Assembly (NCBI RefSeq): GCF_002113885.1
Contig: NW_018405595.1
Location: 1,187,123 to 1,251,122 of the forward strand
Source: Mizuhopecten yessoensis
Taxonomy: Eukaryota
Length of the DNA: 64,000 nt
Reading direction: 5' to 3'
Positions 48,893 through 63,808 of this stretch are shown one piece after another (position 1 is the stretch's first letter; every line of letters begins with the position of its first letter). Both the position numbers and the translations under genes were made by a program. The notes beneath the pieces are model-generated. The model made no database searches. It was not told the DNA's origin and saw nothing but the letters and a program-made list of their open reading frames with translations.

Positions 48893-49744
48893 TTAATGTT
48901 AAATACAGTTAATAATATACGTCACTGTATACCTGAGTTTATATGGTTTCTATTTTTTTTTAAAGAGAAAAGAAAAGAATAATGAAATACACCTCTCACA
49001 AATATTAACATGAAATCCGACACCGGAAAATTCGAATCATACAATTATATGATCTCCTTTCCGATATGTCAACTCTGTAAGAATGTAATGTTTCGGGCAA
49101 TTTCTCTTTGGACGTACCTTCTTTTACTTTCTAAAGTTAAACCTTGCAAAATCATTCCGTAAATCCCAAGCATAACTAGGGACCTTTATCTTTTTTCTCA
49201 TTCCTTCTATTTTTCACTATGGTGTTTCTGCAGGCACCTCTGGTTTTCCCTTTGTGAGGTCGCGGCCGTGTAAAAGATGTACACACGAAATGCCACTTGT
49301 CCAGGTTATGAAATTATAGTAAGATATATTATTAAGTTAAATTTGCCTTTGTAAGGTCCAATAATCTACGAACGCCGTTTTCATTTGTTATAAGCTTTTG
49401 CGATTATGAAAACATATCCAAATCAAGTTCTAAACAAATATATTTTCAATGTTGATAGAAGTTAAAATAAGCACTGCGTCAGTGAACCAACATATATTAA
49501 GACAATACATTAAGAAATACGATGTTTTTATTTCAAATTGCTTTGATTGTAAGTCGAGACACGGAGAAAATTTGATGAAGAAGTAACGATCGCCAGCGAA
49601 GAGACGTTAGGCTGATTTAAATACATCGGCAATATCATTAATATTGATTTAATTATTTTCTTCTGAGAATTTAACCTTGATGACATCCTGTTGCATAGTA
49701 ATCTAATAGAGATTAATTAAAGTTTGAAATGCATCTTTTTAACA

Positions 49745-50680
49745 TTTATGAGGGTATGCAACACATCCGTTCAAACATATTCCATGATGCGCGTTAGCGC
49801 ATCTTTGAGAAGTTATATTTACGTTCTATTACATCCACTTTTATTATTTGAAATTTAAAAAAAAAAAATGTTCACGTTAAAATGCAAAATACCGTCATGA
49901 AAACGCATTAATTGAACAGCCTTTTTCGCGGGAAAGATGATGCGTTGTCAACTGTGACGAAATACACAGTGAACAATAAACAAATAGTTCCACTTTGCAT
50001 ATTTTTTAATAATTTAATTTACATTACCAGCATGTTTAACAAGCAATGGTTATCTTAAAAAATGACAGTAGATCTAAGTTTAAAACAAAAATACCATGTA
50101 AAATATTTTAGTTGCAAAAAGTCTGAAATTTATTCCGTGTTCGCGGACAAAGCTGACTGTTTAAAAAAGAGTTGTGCAGCGGCTACGCTCATCAGGCAAC
50201 GAAGCGGTTCGACTTTCAACGAGATAGAAAGTGCACCGTGAAATGTGGAGTTTCCTTAGAAACCAGAGACGATTTAAAAGATGCTGTTGGCTGAATTATT
50301 GTGTCGATCGACTGTGTCAACAGGACTAGCTCATCGTTTAAGCATTCGGCATGCATTACTATCGATGAGGGGACTGGCCGACGAGCCGGGACGATTTCAC
50401 CTGCTTCGCCACTAGCAACGGACGCTAGTGTAGAGGACAGTGACTTATTCTGTTCTGTTGAAAAGGACCTGTTATAGGATCTTATAGCAGACATACTTCG
50501 GTGGCCCGTCATAAACATGTGACAGTTATTCCATATTCTAGGGACACGTCCACGACGTCGCTGTCAGACATAGCCTATTTGATGGAGCACAGCTGGGGTT
50601 CGTTATAAATGTCTGTGACACACTACGCATTTTTGACGCTGAATACGCGGACTTAAATTTAAGGGTGATTTCTTGCTGAT
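49745..50680 (-). mobile_element. Crypton-like remnant with the C-terminal tyrosine-recombinase fragment
   Basis: ORF 50216..50518 begins MFMTGHRSMSAIRSYNR...EQNKSLS, matching the YR box II pattern GH-x-S...Y. Hairpin GATGCGC-GTTA-GCGCATC near 49790. Boundaries approximate. Confidence 0.55.
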
Positions 50681-53354
50681 ACTATAAAAAAAAGAAAGAT
50701 TATTAAAATATGTTTACATGTATTTTAACCGATGATAAACAATCTTGTTTTGTTTTTGGTGTGTTTGTTTGTGTTTGTGTGTGTAGGGGGTCAGAGGTCA
50801 TGCAACGGTACATGTAGTACTGTTAATATTACTACACACTTGGTTTTATTGAATCATGCAATCATTTTTAGTTGGTACTTTTATCTAGTGGCACTGCAAC
50901 ACAAATGTAAATATAGTAAAGTAAAGGTTTTGTTCTGTTGTTCATGAACTGGTTAATAATTCATAGGAAATTACGAAGGGTTTTAACTTTACCACCAAAC
51001 CACTCTCTATTCTGTTTTAGCCTTGATGCACAAGATACTTTGATACTTAATCTCCAACCACCTAATCATTTTCCGCTGCCCTTATCGCTTCCAATCTGAA
51101 TTTATTTTTTTCGCATATTTTCTAGATACAAATTTCGAGTTCGTATTTAGATGATTAGAAATAATGACATCTCATTAGAAGTAGCTAAACTAGAGAATTA
51201 ACTAAAAAAAATCTCTTACAAGTCGTCAGTGTTCGGCCATCACGTGTCAGACTTGTTTTTGTGTCATGGACCAATGTAAAATATTTGGATGATATATAAT
51301 ATTTATAAAAGTATTAACAATGACGTTGTAAGCAAAAAGCTGTAAGACGTATCTGGCTCAATTCAACAGATCCGTCCGTTAGGATGGATGTTTCTAATAT
51401 GTTCTGCATTTCTATATACATGTACGACCGACTTATTTAAACTTTAAAAGATGAATCCAATCCGGTGCATAGGTTTTGCATGTAAAGTTGACAGTCCATT
51501 TCTTACGGGTGATATCTATCCAACAATTAATCAATCAACTTTATTGCATATTTTCATTTGATTATCTGGACAGAACTGCAAAACATAATGTGCAGCAAAT
51601 AGACATGAATAAGCTGGATACGTAAGTAGGTTGCAAGCCTATTAGTATATCACTTCAAAAACATATAATGAAGAGACAAATTCCGCTCAGAAGGGTTAAG
51701 ATTATCTTTGTTTGAGAAAATAAGTCCCGATTTCAGAATTGGCTAATCAGTTATAAGTCAAATTAACCCTTTACATAGACGAATTTGTCACGGTATCGTC
51801 TTAGGTTTGCCAGTTTAAAATTCTTGAACTTCTATCCTACATAAATACATGTACATATGATAAAGTAAGTTTTCTACATGGCTTACTGATTAATTTGATT
51901 GAGATTTGCAGCAACAATCTTGGGGCAAAAAATCAATTTATCTAATAATGGCCCAATTTTGAAATTACCTATAAATCTGAAAAAAGCGCGTCACAGTTTA
52001 GGGTACACTGGTCGTATAAACTTAACATTATAAGGAGGACAACAATAAGTGACGATAAAATATTTGAACTGGAAAATAAAATTTAGCAAAACAGGCTGAA
52101 ATAACGTCAAACTTGTACGGCATGACGTTAATTTGCCTTAAAAGCATGTTAGCTAGTTTAAAAAAAGTATATATCTTCATGAGTATCTTTTAATGTCCAT
52201 TACTTGAAGAGCTTACAATATTTTCGGAACATTCTGTGTAAATAGTTATGAATTATATTGTATTACTGGTAATAAAAAGTGCACATATTTCTCAAATTAT
52301 CTAATTGACATACAAGAAATGTTACCAATGCATTGATTAACACGACGTAGACAGCACGACAGCCTAACTGTCAATAACGACGAATTATTTGATAATCAAC
52401 AAATTTCTACTTTATTGCCGCTTACATGTAGACGAAATGTCATGAATAATCCTTTTAAAAACATTAACAAACTATCGCTTTTTTAATATTTATTCGAGAG
52501 GATGCGTATATTCTCGGACTTAAAATAGCCGTATGGCATTTTGCAAGTGAAGGACGTCAAGTGTAACATTATATCACTCTGGTGAAATCTGCCTGTACCT
52601 ATACAAACCATCTTCGAGTTCATTTGGGTCAAATGTGTTCAAACCTTTAAAGAACCTATGCATAGCCAAGAGGCATACTTCATATTCGACAATACTGAGT
52701 TTTCAACTTAATGGATTACTTTGACCCGTTTCAATGTATCAGTGGTAAGTGTGTTAAGCACATCTGAATATGCAAGATCCTAGCATGACGCCTTTTTGGA
52801 AGCAGTCTGGGATGACGTTTTTTCATTGATAGACCAAGGTTACAGAGATCAAACACCTTAAAACGATCGTTTAAGGTCCTTAAGGCATTGATTAGTACCA
52901 CAGTATGCTAGGATAACAAATTAGCAAGTTTGTTCGAATAAATGACCCTGAGTTACTTTGAAGGTTTATTGATTTACGTTACATGTAGTTTATTCTAGTG
53001 AAGATCCTGTATGTGTAGCGTAATGATACTTAGTCTATTGTGTAAGTATACTTGTTATTGAGATTTCTTGGATAAATATAACCTTGATCCAGTGTGACGT
53101 AGGTTTCCCAATTGCATTGGACAACAGGTGGCCGATACAGGCCCAATGGTCCTCCTGTTTGTTTCCTCTACAGAAAAGGTGTCAGCAGCACTTTTGTTAT
53201 GTTTCCAGAGAGGACTATATTGGAACGTAAACCTATCTATATATACTTTATTTCCTGTTCATGGCATCGTTAAAAATATATTTGTCTCTTAAAGACTTGT
53301 CAACATCATTGTACTTATTTCTCGACTCAGAAAAATATTTTAAAAGTTGTAACG

Positions 53355-53501
53355 CCAGTTTCACGAACGTTTTTGTTTCATTGGCTAAAGTAAATTCCTT
53401 AGCTAAAGTTGCATTATTGCAGTTAGATAAAACACCCACTTTAAGAAAAGTCCTCAAATGTTGGAGAAACTTAAGTTAAGGAACGTTTGTGAAACAGGGT
53501 C
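53355..53501. mobile_element. Degenerate MITE
   Basis: CCAGTTTCACGAACGTT is inverted against AACGTTTGTGAAACAGG. Confidence 0.45.
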
Positions 53502-54270
53502 CTGATTTCTCCCGCTTTAATATAATCTAAACCAAATTCAAAAGTATTTTTGAGACTTACAGAGAAAATGGCGGACACAGCTGACATTGTAAACGTGATG
53601 GTGCTACATGTCAGTAGTATATTTACCTGTTAGACTATCTCTATACTTCCTAAAATATACCCCAATTATTGTAGCGCTCTTTAAATACATCGCTACATCA
53701 ATACAACATTTATTTATAAAGTACTTTAACACATTCTAACGATGTTTCAGCAAAGTAACTTTGTTGTGTCATACTGATATCAATTGTAAAGGGAAAAAAA
53801 CAACCTTTTCAATTGGTACTCAATTAAACGATCAACCAGACATAAAAAGCAAGAAAAGAAAAAAAGAAAAAAAAAGGAAGGAAGGAAGAAAGAACAAAAA
53901 CAAAAATCTTCACAATATCCAGTTTTATTTCGACACCTTTCTCTTTTGAAGTGACAATGCAAAGCTATACCTCTCTTTTTTGTAAAGACAAATGAAATCA
54001 TACAATGGGAATGTTTACAAAGACTGCGGATATCTCGCTGTATGATAACAGATCTACAGTTTGTCCCCGCAGTTCGTCTGTTTTACAACACATGCATTCC
54101 TAGCTGGCAACTACGTTTGCTCGACTTACAAGGCTACATTTACATCACCGATGCAGTTTTACATTTACTTGTTTCCCTGTTATAAAATGCATCAGAATAC
54201 ACTCTAACCCGGAAGTCTCTGAAGCAAAAACGTCACAAGATCAGAAACTATACCTGGACAGATGTCAATG

Positions 54271-54755
54271 TGATGAATATTTTAAGGCAAACTATCTTAT
54301 TGTTTCAGCTCCAAATGAACGAATATAAGCTGTTCTATATCTCCAGCATGGTCTTTTGTAAACTGCTTGAGTACATAAGAGTGCCGCGAAAACTCCTCCT
54401 CCGGGTCATTGTCACATTATACAAGTATCGAGGGTTGTGTATTTTTATCGCCTTGGGCCGTTTATTAGAATGTCATGGCCTATTCTGTTGTACTTGTCTC
54501 CTGGTACCAGAATTCTGTTAATGCCCTTTTCGATGAGCTGTCAGGTGAATGGCACACTAATCTAGAGAGAGGTGTCCCCAGCCATGTCTTCAGGGAGTCG
54601 TCTGTCGTCGCTATAATCCTTTCCGTTGCTCTTAAGAGTTGGCGGAAAGCATGGGTCGTTTGCCCTTCTCTGGTGCTGCGCGTGAGAGTACGGTGGTGTC
54701 GTCACCTTACTGTTATAAACGACCTTGTTGCGTCACTTGACACTATCGTGTTACA
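54271..54755 (+). mobile_element. Candidate solo LTR
   Basis: TG...TTACA ends, flanks CAATG / CAACG (a possible 5-bp TSD with CpG decay), and a poly(A)-signal-like TATAAA about 35 nt before the end. Confidence 0.4.
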
Positions 54756-56888
54756 CAACGGTGTACAAACATACTATAGTTTAATGTAACGAGGTGTCAA
54801 ATGACCTCGTTATACTTGTGTCAACTACTTGTAATACAATCTTGTAATTTATAGTATACAATCAATATCATAAATATTTGTCGCAGACAGCACGTGTACG
54901 AATTCATCCACGAGAAACGAACCGAATTCGAGGAAGAATTCCACGTTCGCAAAAAAATTCGTACTGTCAGCGATGTCAGGCAATTATATAAAGACACCTG
55001 TGATACAGAATACACTGTTCCAACATCCCATAAACCTCAAACCCCAGTGCGTATACATAAAATATATCTATAAACGTCCAGACATTTCGCAGATGGCGCA
55101 TTGCTGATTAACAGTACATCCCGGCTTGTTTGGTGCAGATGTATTTTGAAATGTAAGTATAATATTGAATTTGAAATCAAATGTATCTAACCAATACATT
55201 CCACAACATTTCAGGTCAAAAATTAATTACATGTACCTACATGTATCTGATAATGGAACGACCGTGACTGAAGTAAATCTTTTCCGCCTGTCCGAATATA
55301 TGCTCCCGAATGACAAGAGAAAACTTCAAATCTAGTAACGGTTATCCAGAATTAACGTATTAGGGTAATGACCTTTGATGTCATAAAAAGTAATTCGCGT
55401 TACAGGTTGACCGGGATGTTAGGTACTTAATGGCGATGTTATATTTATGATAAAGCGAAAGGCTTTTATTGTTTAAAGCATTTTTATGTTTTCGTTTTTA
55501 GTGTTTCCTTCATTGTCAGCGTTATGTGTTCACTGAGATTTAGTGCTTAATGTGTCTCATTAAGGGTGAACAAAACTCTCACACAGGTGGTCACCTTTCT
55601 AACTTAATAATAGATACAGTATGCAACAATCAATTACACTGCACAGTGTAAGACAGTCAGGCCAGCCGAAGATTGTTTTTTGGGCGAGTACAAAAAATAT
55701 TTCACAGGCCCAAAATGAATATTGGTAGCCCAATTATTTTAATAAGGGTTTGTTTCAGTATTGAGCAATAACAAATGTCAATAAAGCAATATAAATAGAT
55801 GTTCTTTATTCTTCAATCAAACCCTCCCGACACATAACCCTAAAAATCCTCCCCTCATTAACATAGTCTTGTTTGTCACTGAATTCACCTTTGTTATATT
55901 TAGATGAAAAAAGTCACGTGACACCCCTGACGATCAGTTGGCGATTTTTGGGCGACTGAGGGTTTATTTCCTGATATCCCCGGCGTACAGGACAGATAAG
56001 TCTTGAAATTTTGCTTATATGGTTAAAAATACAGCTTCATTAGATTGTGTGTGAAAAAAAACACGATAATTCGCGTGACATCGCACAATACACGCGCTTT
56101 GGCGAGAATTGGTACTTGGTGAGAATTGGTCGGCAACCAGTACTGGTGATACGGCAGACCAAACAACATAAAATAGTAACTTATAGCGAAGAAAACTTAC
56201 GACTAAAACAATACATTAGTTAACTTACTTAAATCCCCAGCCCTTGTTTGTATCCGCCATGTTGACTGTGTCAATTCTGACGCACTTGCACGTTTTTCCG
56301 AAGTTTGGATGGTTAATTTAAGGGCGTAAACTACGATTTTGAGAATAATAATATACTCGCCCAATGATTTATTTTTGGGCCAGTAACTATCCATCTTTTG
56401 ACAATTTCTAGTCGCCCAATCAAGGTTTTTGTGCACTGAATGGATATTACAAAATAAGTCATGCAAGACGACGCTTTAAGTTGTTTATATAATTTACTAA
56501 CAAAGTCAAAAGAACATTCACACGAAAAGACATTTTTAGAGGAATTCCTTGCTTTTCTTATGGACGAATTTCGTTACTTTTATCGCTATTTTGAGGTATC
56601 GATGTTATGCCAAGCTTTTCTACAAATCTGCATTGGGACACGAGAGTACTTTGCAGGTTGATGTGAAGGAGATGTTTAGTAAAATCAAAAAACAAAATAC
56701 AATATATGCTAAAGCAGCGATTATTTCAATGGACAAATATTTTTCTCCTAGGTTTCTACCAAAACGCAAAGATCGAATCGCGTTATTTTAGTAATGTCAA
56801 CTCTGGACATTCGTAAACCATGGTATTTTCAATGCTGGGCAAAAAAACACGTGGACTTGCAATTGTGTAACGCATCTCTAGACGTCTC

Positions 56889-57080
56889 CTATTCCGTCTT
56901 TGCTTATTGCAGAGTTATCTTCTCTTGTGAGCAGGTATTGATTGTTACGTCACTTGTTTGTGAGGGTAACGTCATCAATTTTTGAGAAAACGACGTAATT
57001 TTCTCGCACAAACCAATGACGTAACAATCAATACCTGCTCCCAAGAGAAGATAACTCTGCAATACGCAAAGACGGAAAAG
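56889..57080. mobile_element. 192-bp palindromic MITE, copy 2 (opposite orientation to copy 1)
   Basis: Near-identical to the reverse complement of 32850-33041. Confidence 0.85.
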
Positions 57081-57479
57081 TGCTCCATGAAGATGTCTAA
57101 ATCCGGAACAACATCCCCTTCGTAGAGGCATCACTCATACAAAAATGAATCACAATATCTTTTTAAAACATGATCCCCTGCGATGCCATACAAAGAAGTG
57201 ACGCAAACATTTTTAATTTCGGATTTGTCCTCAGAGGGTGTAGTTTACCCCCATTGAGCTCGATATTTGGAAAACATAGATACAAAGTTCACTTCTATCT
57301 TGATTAAGTCTAATATCTGAATAAAACGGCTCACGACCAAAACGTGAAAATTGGGCGGGGTCAATGCTGGGAGGATATCTGGAGGCAGCGTCGTTGCAAC
57401 CAAATATGGTATTGATAATCTTTGGACGTAGTCAGAAAGATTACTAACAGAATGAATTCTTCTCCAATCAGCACTACGG

Positions 57480-57800
57480 GTACTAATCTCTTGTTTACGA
57501 ACTCCTAACACGTGCTTCAACATGTTTTCATTTCTCACATCAAAGCTTGTGAATTCTCATTTCCGTTTTGTTTTCCACCTCAAAAGGTTGATCTTGTAAT
57601 ATAAGTTCATCAAAAGGTAAATTGTTGGTGAAAGTGAATAAGGCAGTGGTATGAGTTCGAACGGAAATGTCAATCCGGTATAAAATAAGAAAATTGTACT
57701 TTAACGGCAAATCAATTAATCTTTTTTTATAAATTATCTTTACGTAACAATAATTCCGTTGGTTTTGTGCATGAATGTGGAAAACTAAAGCCCACACTTT
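57480..57800 (-). pseudogene. Possible LINE ORF2 C-terminal remnant
   Basis: VW...DQPFE...MLKHVLGVRKQ resembles the post-RT region of invertebrate LINEs. Weak. Confidence 0.3.
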
Positions 57801-58276
57801 AAAGGTTGTTGTGTGTTACGTGAAACCATGATACAATCTTTATCAGAATATATGTTTAATTACATAATTAAGAACCTCCTGTTGTTAATGTAAAAATGTG
57901 TATCAAAGGCATGCACTCACTGTACGGCAGAATATTAGTAAAAAGTCTGCTAGACTGATCGATGAATAGATGAATACATGGGGTTTTTGTTTGGACGACT
58001 TGACGTAACAGCTAAACTCCCGGGACGTTTGTATGCATATATGATTTGGCATTCCATGGGCCATTTTGAGAAATATGGATGTTTGTTTGTGGTATATGAT
58101 GACGGGTGCCCAGGGAGACACCGCCGGAAATAGAGGGTAGATACAAAAGACAGAAGACAGAAAAGATAGGTAACGCAATAGATCCCAAGTTGTGAAATGG
58201 GGATAGCAGATAAATGTTGGTTCTTCCATGTCCCCTTCATCGAAGACACGGAGAGAAATATCCCGATTTTGCAGGG

Positions 58277-58487
58277 NNNNNNNNNNNNNNNNNNNNNNNN
58301 NNNNNNNNNNNNNNNNNNNNNNNNNNNNNNNNNNNNNNNNNNNNNNNNNNNNNNNNNNNNNNNNNNNNNNNNNNNNNNNNNNNNNNNNNNNNNNNNNNNN
58401 NNNNNNNNNNNNNNNNNNNNNNNNNNNNNNNNNNNNNNNNNNNNNNNNNNNNNNNNNNNNNNNNNNNNNNNNNNNNNNNNNNNNNNN
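58277..58487. other. Assembly gap (211 N)
   Basis: Run of N flanked by G tracts. Confidence 1.
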
Positions 58488-61400
58488 GGGGGGGGCACAT
58501 TAGTGCAACAGCAGGTCTATTCTTGATTTCTTCAGTGTCCCAAAAACAGAAGACAAGGTAGAAACCAGCTCCGATTCTACAGGAAGAACATATGGATGTC
58601 AACTCTTCGAGACATGGATGCTCAGATAAGGAACTGAAATGTTTAGATCATATTTCCTGGAAAGAAGGCTTAACGACTTTCTTTTCGGCTGTTACATTTA
58701 GCAGCTCATTGAAGTTAGAGGTCAATATCTGGAACACTCTTGTGTTTAATTAATGTAAATGACACTCATTTGCACGTCATATCTTTTGGCATATCTATAG
58801 ATGCAAATGACACATCAACAAGTCCATTACATAACGTTGACAATGTGTGAATCGCGATACCGACACCTAGACAACAATACAAACTGTTGCATGTTTTATT
58901 TCAGAAAATCATATACAATAGAATATATAAAACAATCAAGTATATCCAGGGGTCACATTATTGGAATAAACCGAGGCGAAACTGCCCTACTGTAATACTA
59001 CAACATGGAGAAGATGCACTAAGTTATCAGAAATTGTTTCTTATCCATTTGTCTGCACTCATCCTCGATATTCTAGGGGTTACGTTCACTTTCGTTCTCT
59101 GCGTCCCTGGAATATGTCACAGAAAAATTGAAGGTACAAAAACAGCTGTTTGATTGGTCTCAGGTAAAACAAAACTGACCAATCGCTAGGCTGATACCTG
59201 TCCTATGAAGATTACAAAGGAGCCACACCCGACTTCAAAGCCGCCAATTTTTACCGTTATGCGACCGCGAGATTCTTTTGATTCGTCCTGTCTCATCAAC
59301 AAGGTGTCGGACACTGATACTTCGATTTTGTTATGACATATTCCAGGGGTGCAGAGAGCGAAGGGAGCGTAACCCCTCGAGTATCGAGAATGGTCTGCCC
59401 AATAAAATAGGTTTGAATAAAATCAATAATGCACTTTTTAAGATAAACATATATATATACAAATCAGAAATCTCAAAACCAAAGATGATGTATCTTATTT
59501 CATTCGCCATATATCTTACTGCCGATTTTCAGATTTCTTGTGTATGTGCGTGTCTTTGATACGTTGCCAAATCCCCTCTTAATGCGGAGATGCTGTTAGA
59601 CAAATGATGAGAGTATAACAAGGTTCTACATGTACATAGATAAACGTATTGCCGATCTGTCCCTCGACAACAGCAGATCGTGAGTATTATGACGTTTAAA
59701 TCGTTTTCAGTATGTAATTGAGTAAACTGCTGTCGTCTGTACATACATGTAGCAAACGTTCTATGCCGTCTTTTGTAAAAGAACAGTTCTGTAAAAATAA
59801 AAAATAAGTCCATCTGCACCATAAGCAACTGTAATGCCCTGTATATAGAGACTAAGTGGTACGCAATAGTCATTTGGCCGTTCATATGTTTTTGAATTCG
59901 TTTGCTTGCTCCTTTAATTATTTGTATAAAGTTGATAAACGACAAAACTACGTATGAGAAGATAATATATTTTGTAAAATTTTCAGGTTCATAATATAAG
60001 GTCAAGGCCAAATCAACAAGTCAAAGTCATAAAGTTTACAAAATCTTATCTTTGAGGAATAGCATTTCATTGTATATCTTGGCAGTGGGGACCTTTGTTT
60101 TGTAACCAATACTACATGCAAATATTGTGTTTAGTGTATGTTAAGCTAACAATGCTATGAACAAAAACACCTATTCTGCTGTAATTGAAGTCAATTTCAT
60201 TTATAATGGAGTTCTTTAAATTTTCTTGATATGTCAAATGTGTCAGGAGAGTTTGATTCCTTCCTACTGCAAACGGAAGAGCACTTCTTCACGACTAATG
60301 AAACACGAAATATGACTTAAATTAAATCAGATGCTGAAACTGAGGTAGTGAGAAACTGAAATCGAAGCAGGCGACATCCGGACAATTGAGGTTTATCTAG
60401 CATCTTTCAACCTTGATAGTGGACCTTATTAATTCAGACACTTTGGTTGTCTGGAATAACTGATGTCCTGGAATATGTTATGAATAATTGAAAAAAAGGT
60501 TCATGTCCTGAATAAAATGTCTGGGAGGAGATGTATATGTATTAAAGATATCCGGACCGGCGATGTTCTATAGCGCCGTGCGTGGCTCCCGACAGTCTTG
60601 TTAACATCGTTCCAATACATGTATTTATGTATACATAAAATTCGGATGACGGTGGTCAAGCCTAAAGGGGATGCAGACTGATTTAATTCAATTCGCGAAA
60701 GGTATAATACGGACAAGGAAATATCTAGATTAGTTTTTTGCTTGTCTTAGGGGGTATTGGAGGTTTTAAATAGCTCCTGCGTTCTCACATAGCAAGGAAA
60801 CACCATTGTTCCGGAAAAGTCCGTCTTCTCGTGTTCCGTTAATTAGGATATTATCCGTCAGTTAGTGGTGCCCCTGGGTCCACAATGTGATAACGCTACT
60901 GATAGGGTTCTTTTTACGGACTGTTGACGTTGTATTGGAGTGTCCGAGAGATGTGGTCCCATATGGACGGGTCAAGAGTCGAATTAGGGCTAGAGGCAAT
61001 GCGTGTGAAAACACATTATTCTCATTTGTCTTACTATAATTAGATTGTTCGGCACTTTTGAAGTATATGGATGGACAGACTGACGAACAAATGAGATTAG
61101 AAATTATAAATTGGAGATGATCCCAGTGTCAAAATATGATGATGATGAAGGAAGTGACGACTGGAATAAAGAGGACAGGTAATTTGTCACACGTGATCGA
61201 TGGAAAAGTGGCAAAATGGAGAATTTTGGAGGATTGGATTTATAAGGTCTTTCCGGCCCGTCAATACAAGGAAGAAAATACATTTTGAATATGATGTGAC
61301 TCGGTCTTAGTGCCTTATCGGTACGGGAAGGTTGTTCAAGGTCATGCGCAATATATACACTCCAGACGGTAATTGTGTCTAGAGAGACGAAGAAATATAA

Positions 61401-63664
61401 ACATTACAGAAAAAACTATTTATCTTCCAAAATATCACTTTTACAAGAATCAAATCAAAAGAATATGGTAGGAGCCATGTTCCGATTTATAACTGTCTGG
61501 TTTTAAATCTCAGCGAAATTCAATAGGGAGTTTGGTACTTGAATTGCTACCAACCACCATGTAAACGCACTCAACAGAACACACGATTAATTTAAGTACT
61601 GGATATGCATGAAAACTACCAAAGATACATCTTCAAAAAGATTAATTAGTTTTGTAGTTTTTGATATCAAAGTTTTACTTTCTACACAAACAATGTACGT
61701 ATTAAACGTGTCGCACCGTTTCAAGACCGACTGGTCCCTTGTCAAGCTATGACTAAAGTCTTGATACGTTGCGACACCTTTAATACGTACATTGTTTGTG
61801 TAGAATGTAAAACTTTGATATACCAAAGATACAATTTGTTTATAACAAACTGACCTCAACAGAATATAAAACTAGTTTCTAATGACCAAAGGAGTTGAAC
61901 AGAAAATATAAATGCTTTAAGGTAACTTGTACGAATCAAAACTATCAGACACAAATGTACGACAAACAGATTGCAAAACGTCACACTTGTTTAAGTATCT
62001 AGTCACTGTTTAAGTTATCCAGATTATCGAAAGTCCAATGAGAAGAGAGGTCTCCGATTAACACGACCAATATTTAACTGTCGAGAAAAGAAATGTTTCA
62101 TAAGTTTCAATTTTGCCAACATCCACACTAATGTTGCTAAATATGAAATTGAAAGTCATACTGTGTTAAATTATGATATATATATATGGGAATTTCCGAG
62201 ATGATAAAATATCTCCGACTAGTTACTATTCCATTTACTTCTATCGTCGTATCAAATGTTGTGAATTTGTAACATGCTTCATGTTATACTTGTACAATTA
62301 AATATTACGTACCACTGTGGTGACGTCACGAAAGGCCATAATTACATTTCTACATATATACTGATCGCAAATCGTGCAAGAAAAAAAGGATTTCCCAAAA
62401 TATTTAAGATATGCATGTTATAATATTCTAACAAAAACTAATAAAAAGAAGTCAGTTTTACATAGGAATTAAAACCAATGCCTCAACACAGGGGTTCATT
62501 GCGGTACTTATGTCTCCAACAGAATAATTGCCTTGTGAAATGTCAAACGTCACAACAGTTATATTAACGCTGTCTTTGACATATAATTATGACACCGTCG
62601 AGACAGCACCTCATAAAAGGCCAACGAATCAAGATCAGGGACGAATCTGTGTCACGTGCGATGTCCGACCATGTTCGTTAAATCAATAGAAGACAACTAA
62701 CTGAAATAAAAAGATAAGGTAAAGTTGTAGTCGTTTGTCGAAAAGCCATACTAGTGTCCTCTAGTAGGAGTCTAGACTGATTAACGAACTTCCGGTTTGA
62801 TTTTTTTTATTGACAACCAAGTTTGTTGGGTTTCAGAAAGATTATAAAAGATATATTTGATTCATCTTGTATTTGTTTTTCCGAGACATGTAATTGCTTG
62901 AAAAACACAAATTAATTATTTTAATAATGTTTAATTTATTTTTGAAATTGAGTTTAACGTGTCTCGGTGTACTGAAAACTGTAATATCTGGTAGATAGAG
63001 GTTATCTCATGAGTGACATTATTTTATACTAGGTTTTACTATTCGAGTTCATTGATTGTAGATCTCTGATGATTGCTGAAAAATAATCCATCTACAAAAC
63101 GCACTTTTCTAGAATAAAACTTGTTAATGTAACCCGACACGGCTGTGTTTAAATCTGGTTTACAAAGGGATTCGTATCACATATACCAACTTCAACAACC
63201 GATTACTACGTTATTCTTTTCGCCGACTTCTAATTAGCATGCATTAAGAAGAGTGACACCAAAAGACCGATATCAAATGTAAGGCGGCATTGCCAAGTTG
63301 TATATTTGACAGTTTTTATTGATATTTGAGATAAGTTTTATTTTGTCATTTTGCCAATGTCTAAGGTGAAGGTCGTTTAGACTAACCAATGAGATTGTCG
63401 AAAAAGTAATAAACGCCTTGTAATAGAATCCAGAAACAACTTAAATGTTTCTTTTTCTGTTTTTGTATGAAAAGTTGAACGAATTATGTTTGAAGAAGTC
63501 ACAAATTCGCCTGATTCGAGAAATACGCCTGATTGGAGATATACACTTGTATGGTGTGCATATGACGTCATTAAGATATCAAAATTTGCCATCCATGATA
63601 CGCTTTTCTCCTACCCTTCACAGATGTGTCTCCCGTTTTAGCCGGGAAAGATCAGCTTGTCATC

Positions 63665-63808
63665 CCCTACCTTGAGGGTGTAACAGAGAAATCTCCAACC
63701 CTCGGGGTGATTTTTTGGTTGTCTAACCTTCGGCAGAGCCTCGGGTTAGACAACCAAAAAACATCACCCCTCGGGTAAGAATTTCATTGCCACATCCTCA
63801 AGGTAGGG
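63665..63808. mobile_element. Palindromic non-autonomous element (possibly Crypton-derived)
   Basis: CCCTACCTTGAGG...TTTTTTGGTTGTCTAACC-centre GGCAGAGCC-GGTTAGACAACCAAAAAA...CCTCAAGGTAGGG. Confidence 0.7.

Noticed and set aside
57950-58602. ORFs spanning the second N gap
   Set aside because: They are open only because of Ns.
59529-60011. 160-aa ORF
   Set aside because: Non-ATG start, composition typical of AT-rich non-coding DNA, and no domain motif.
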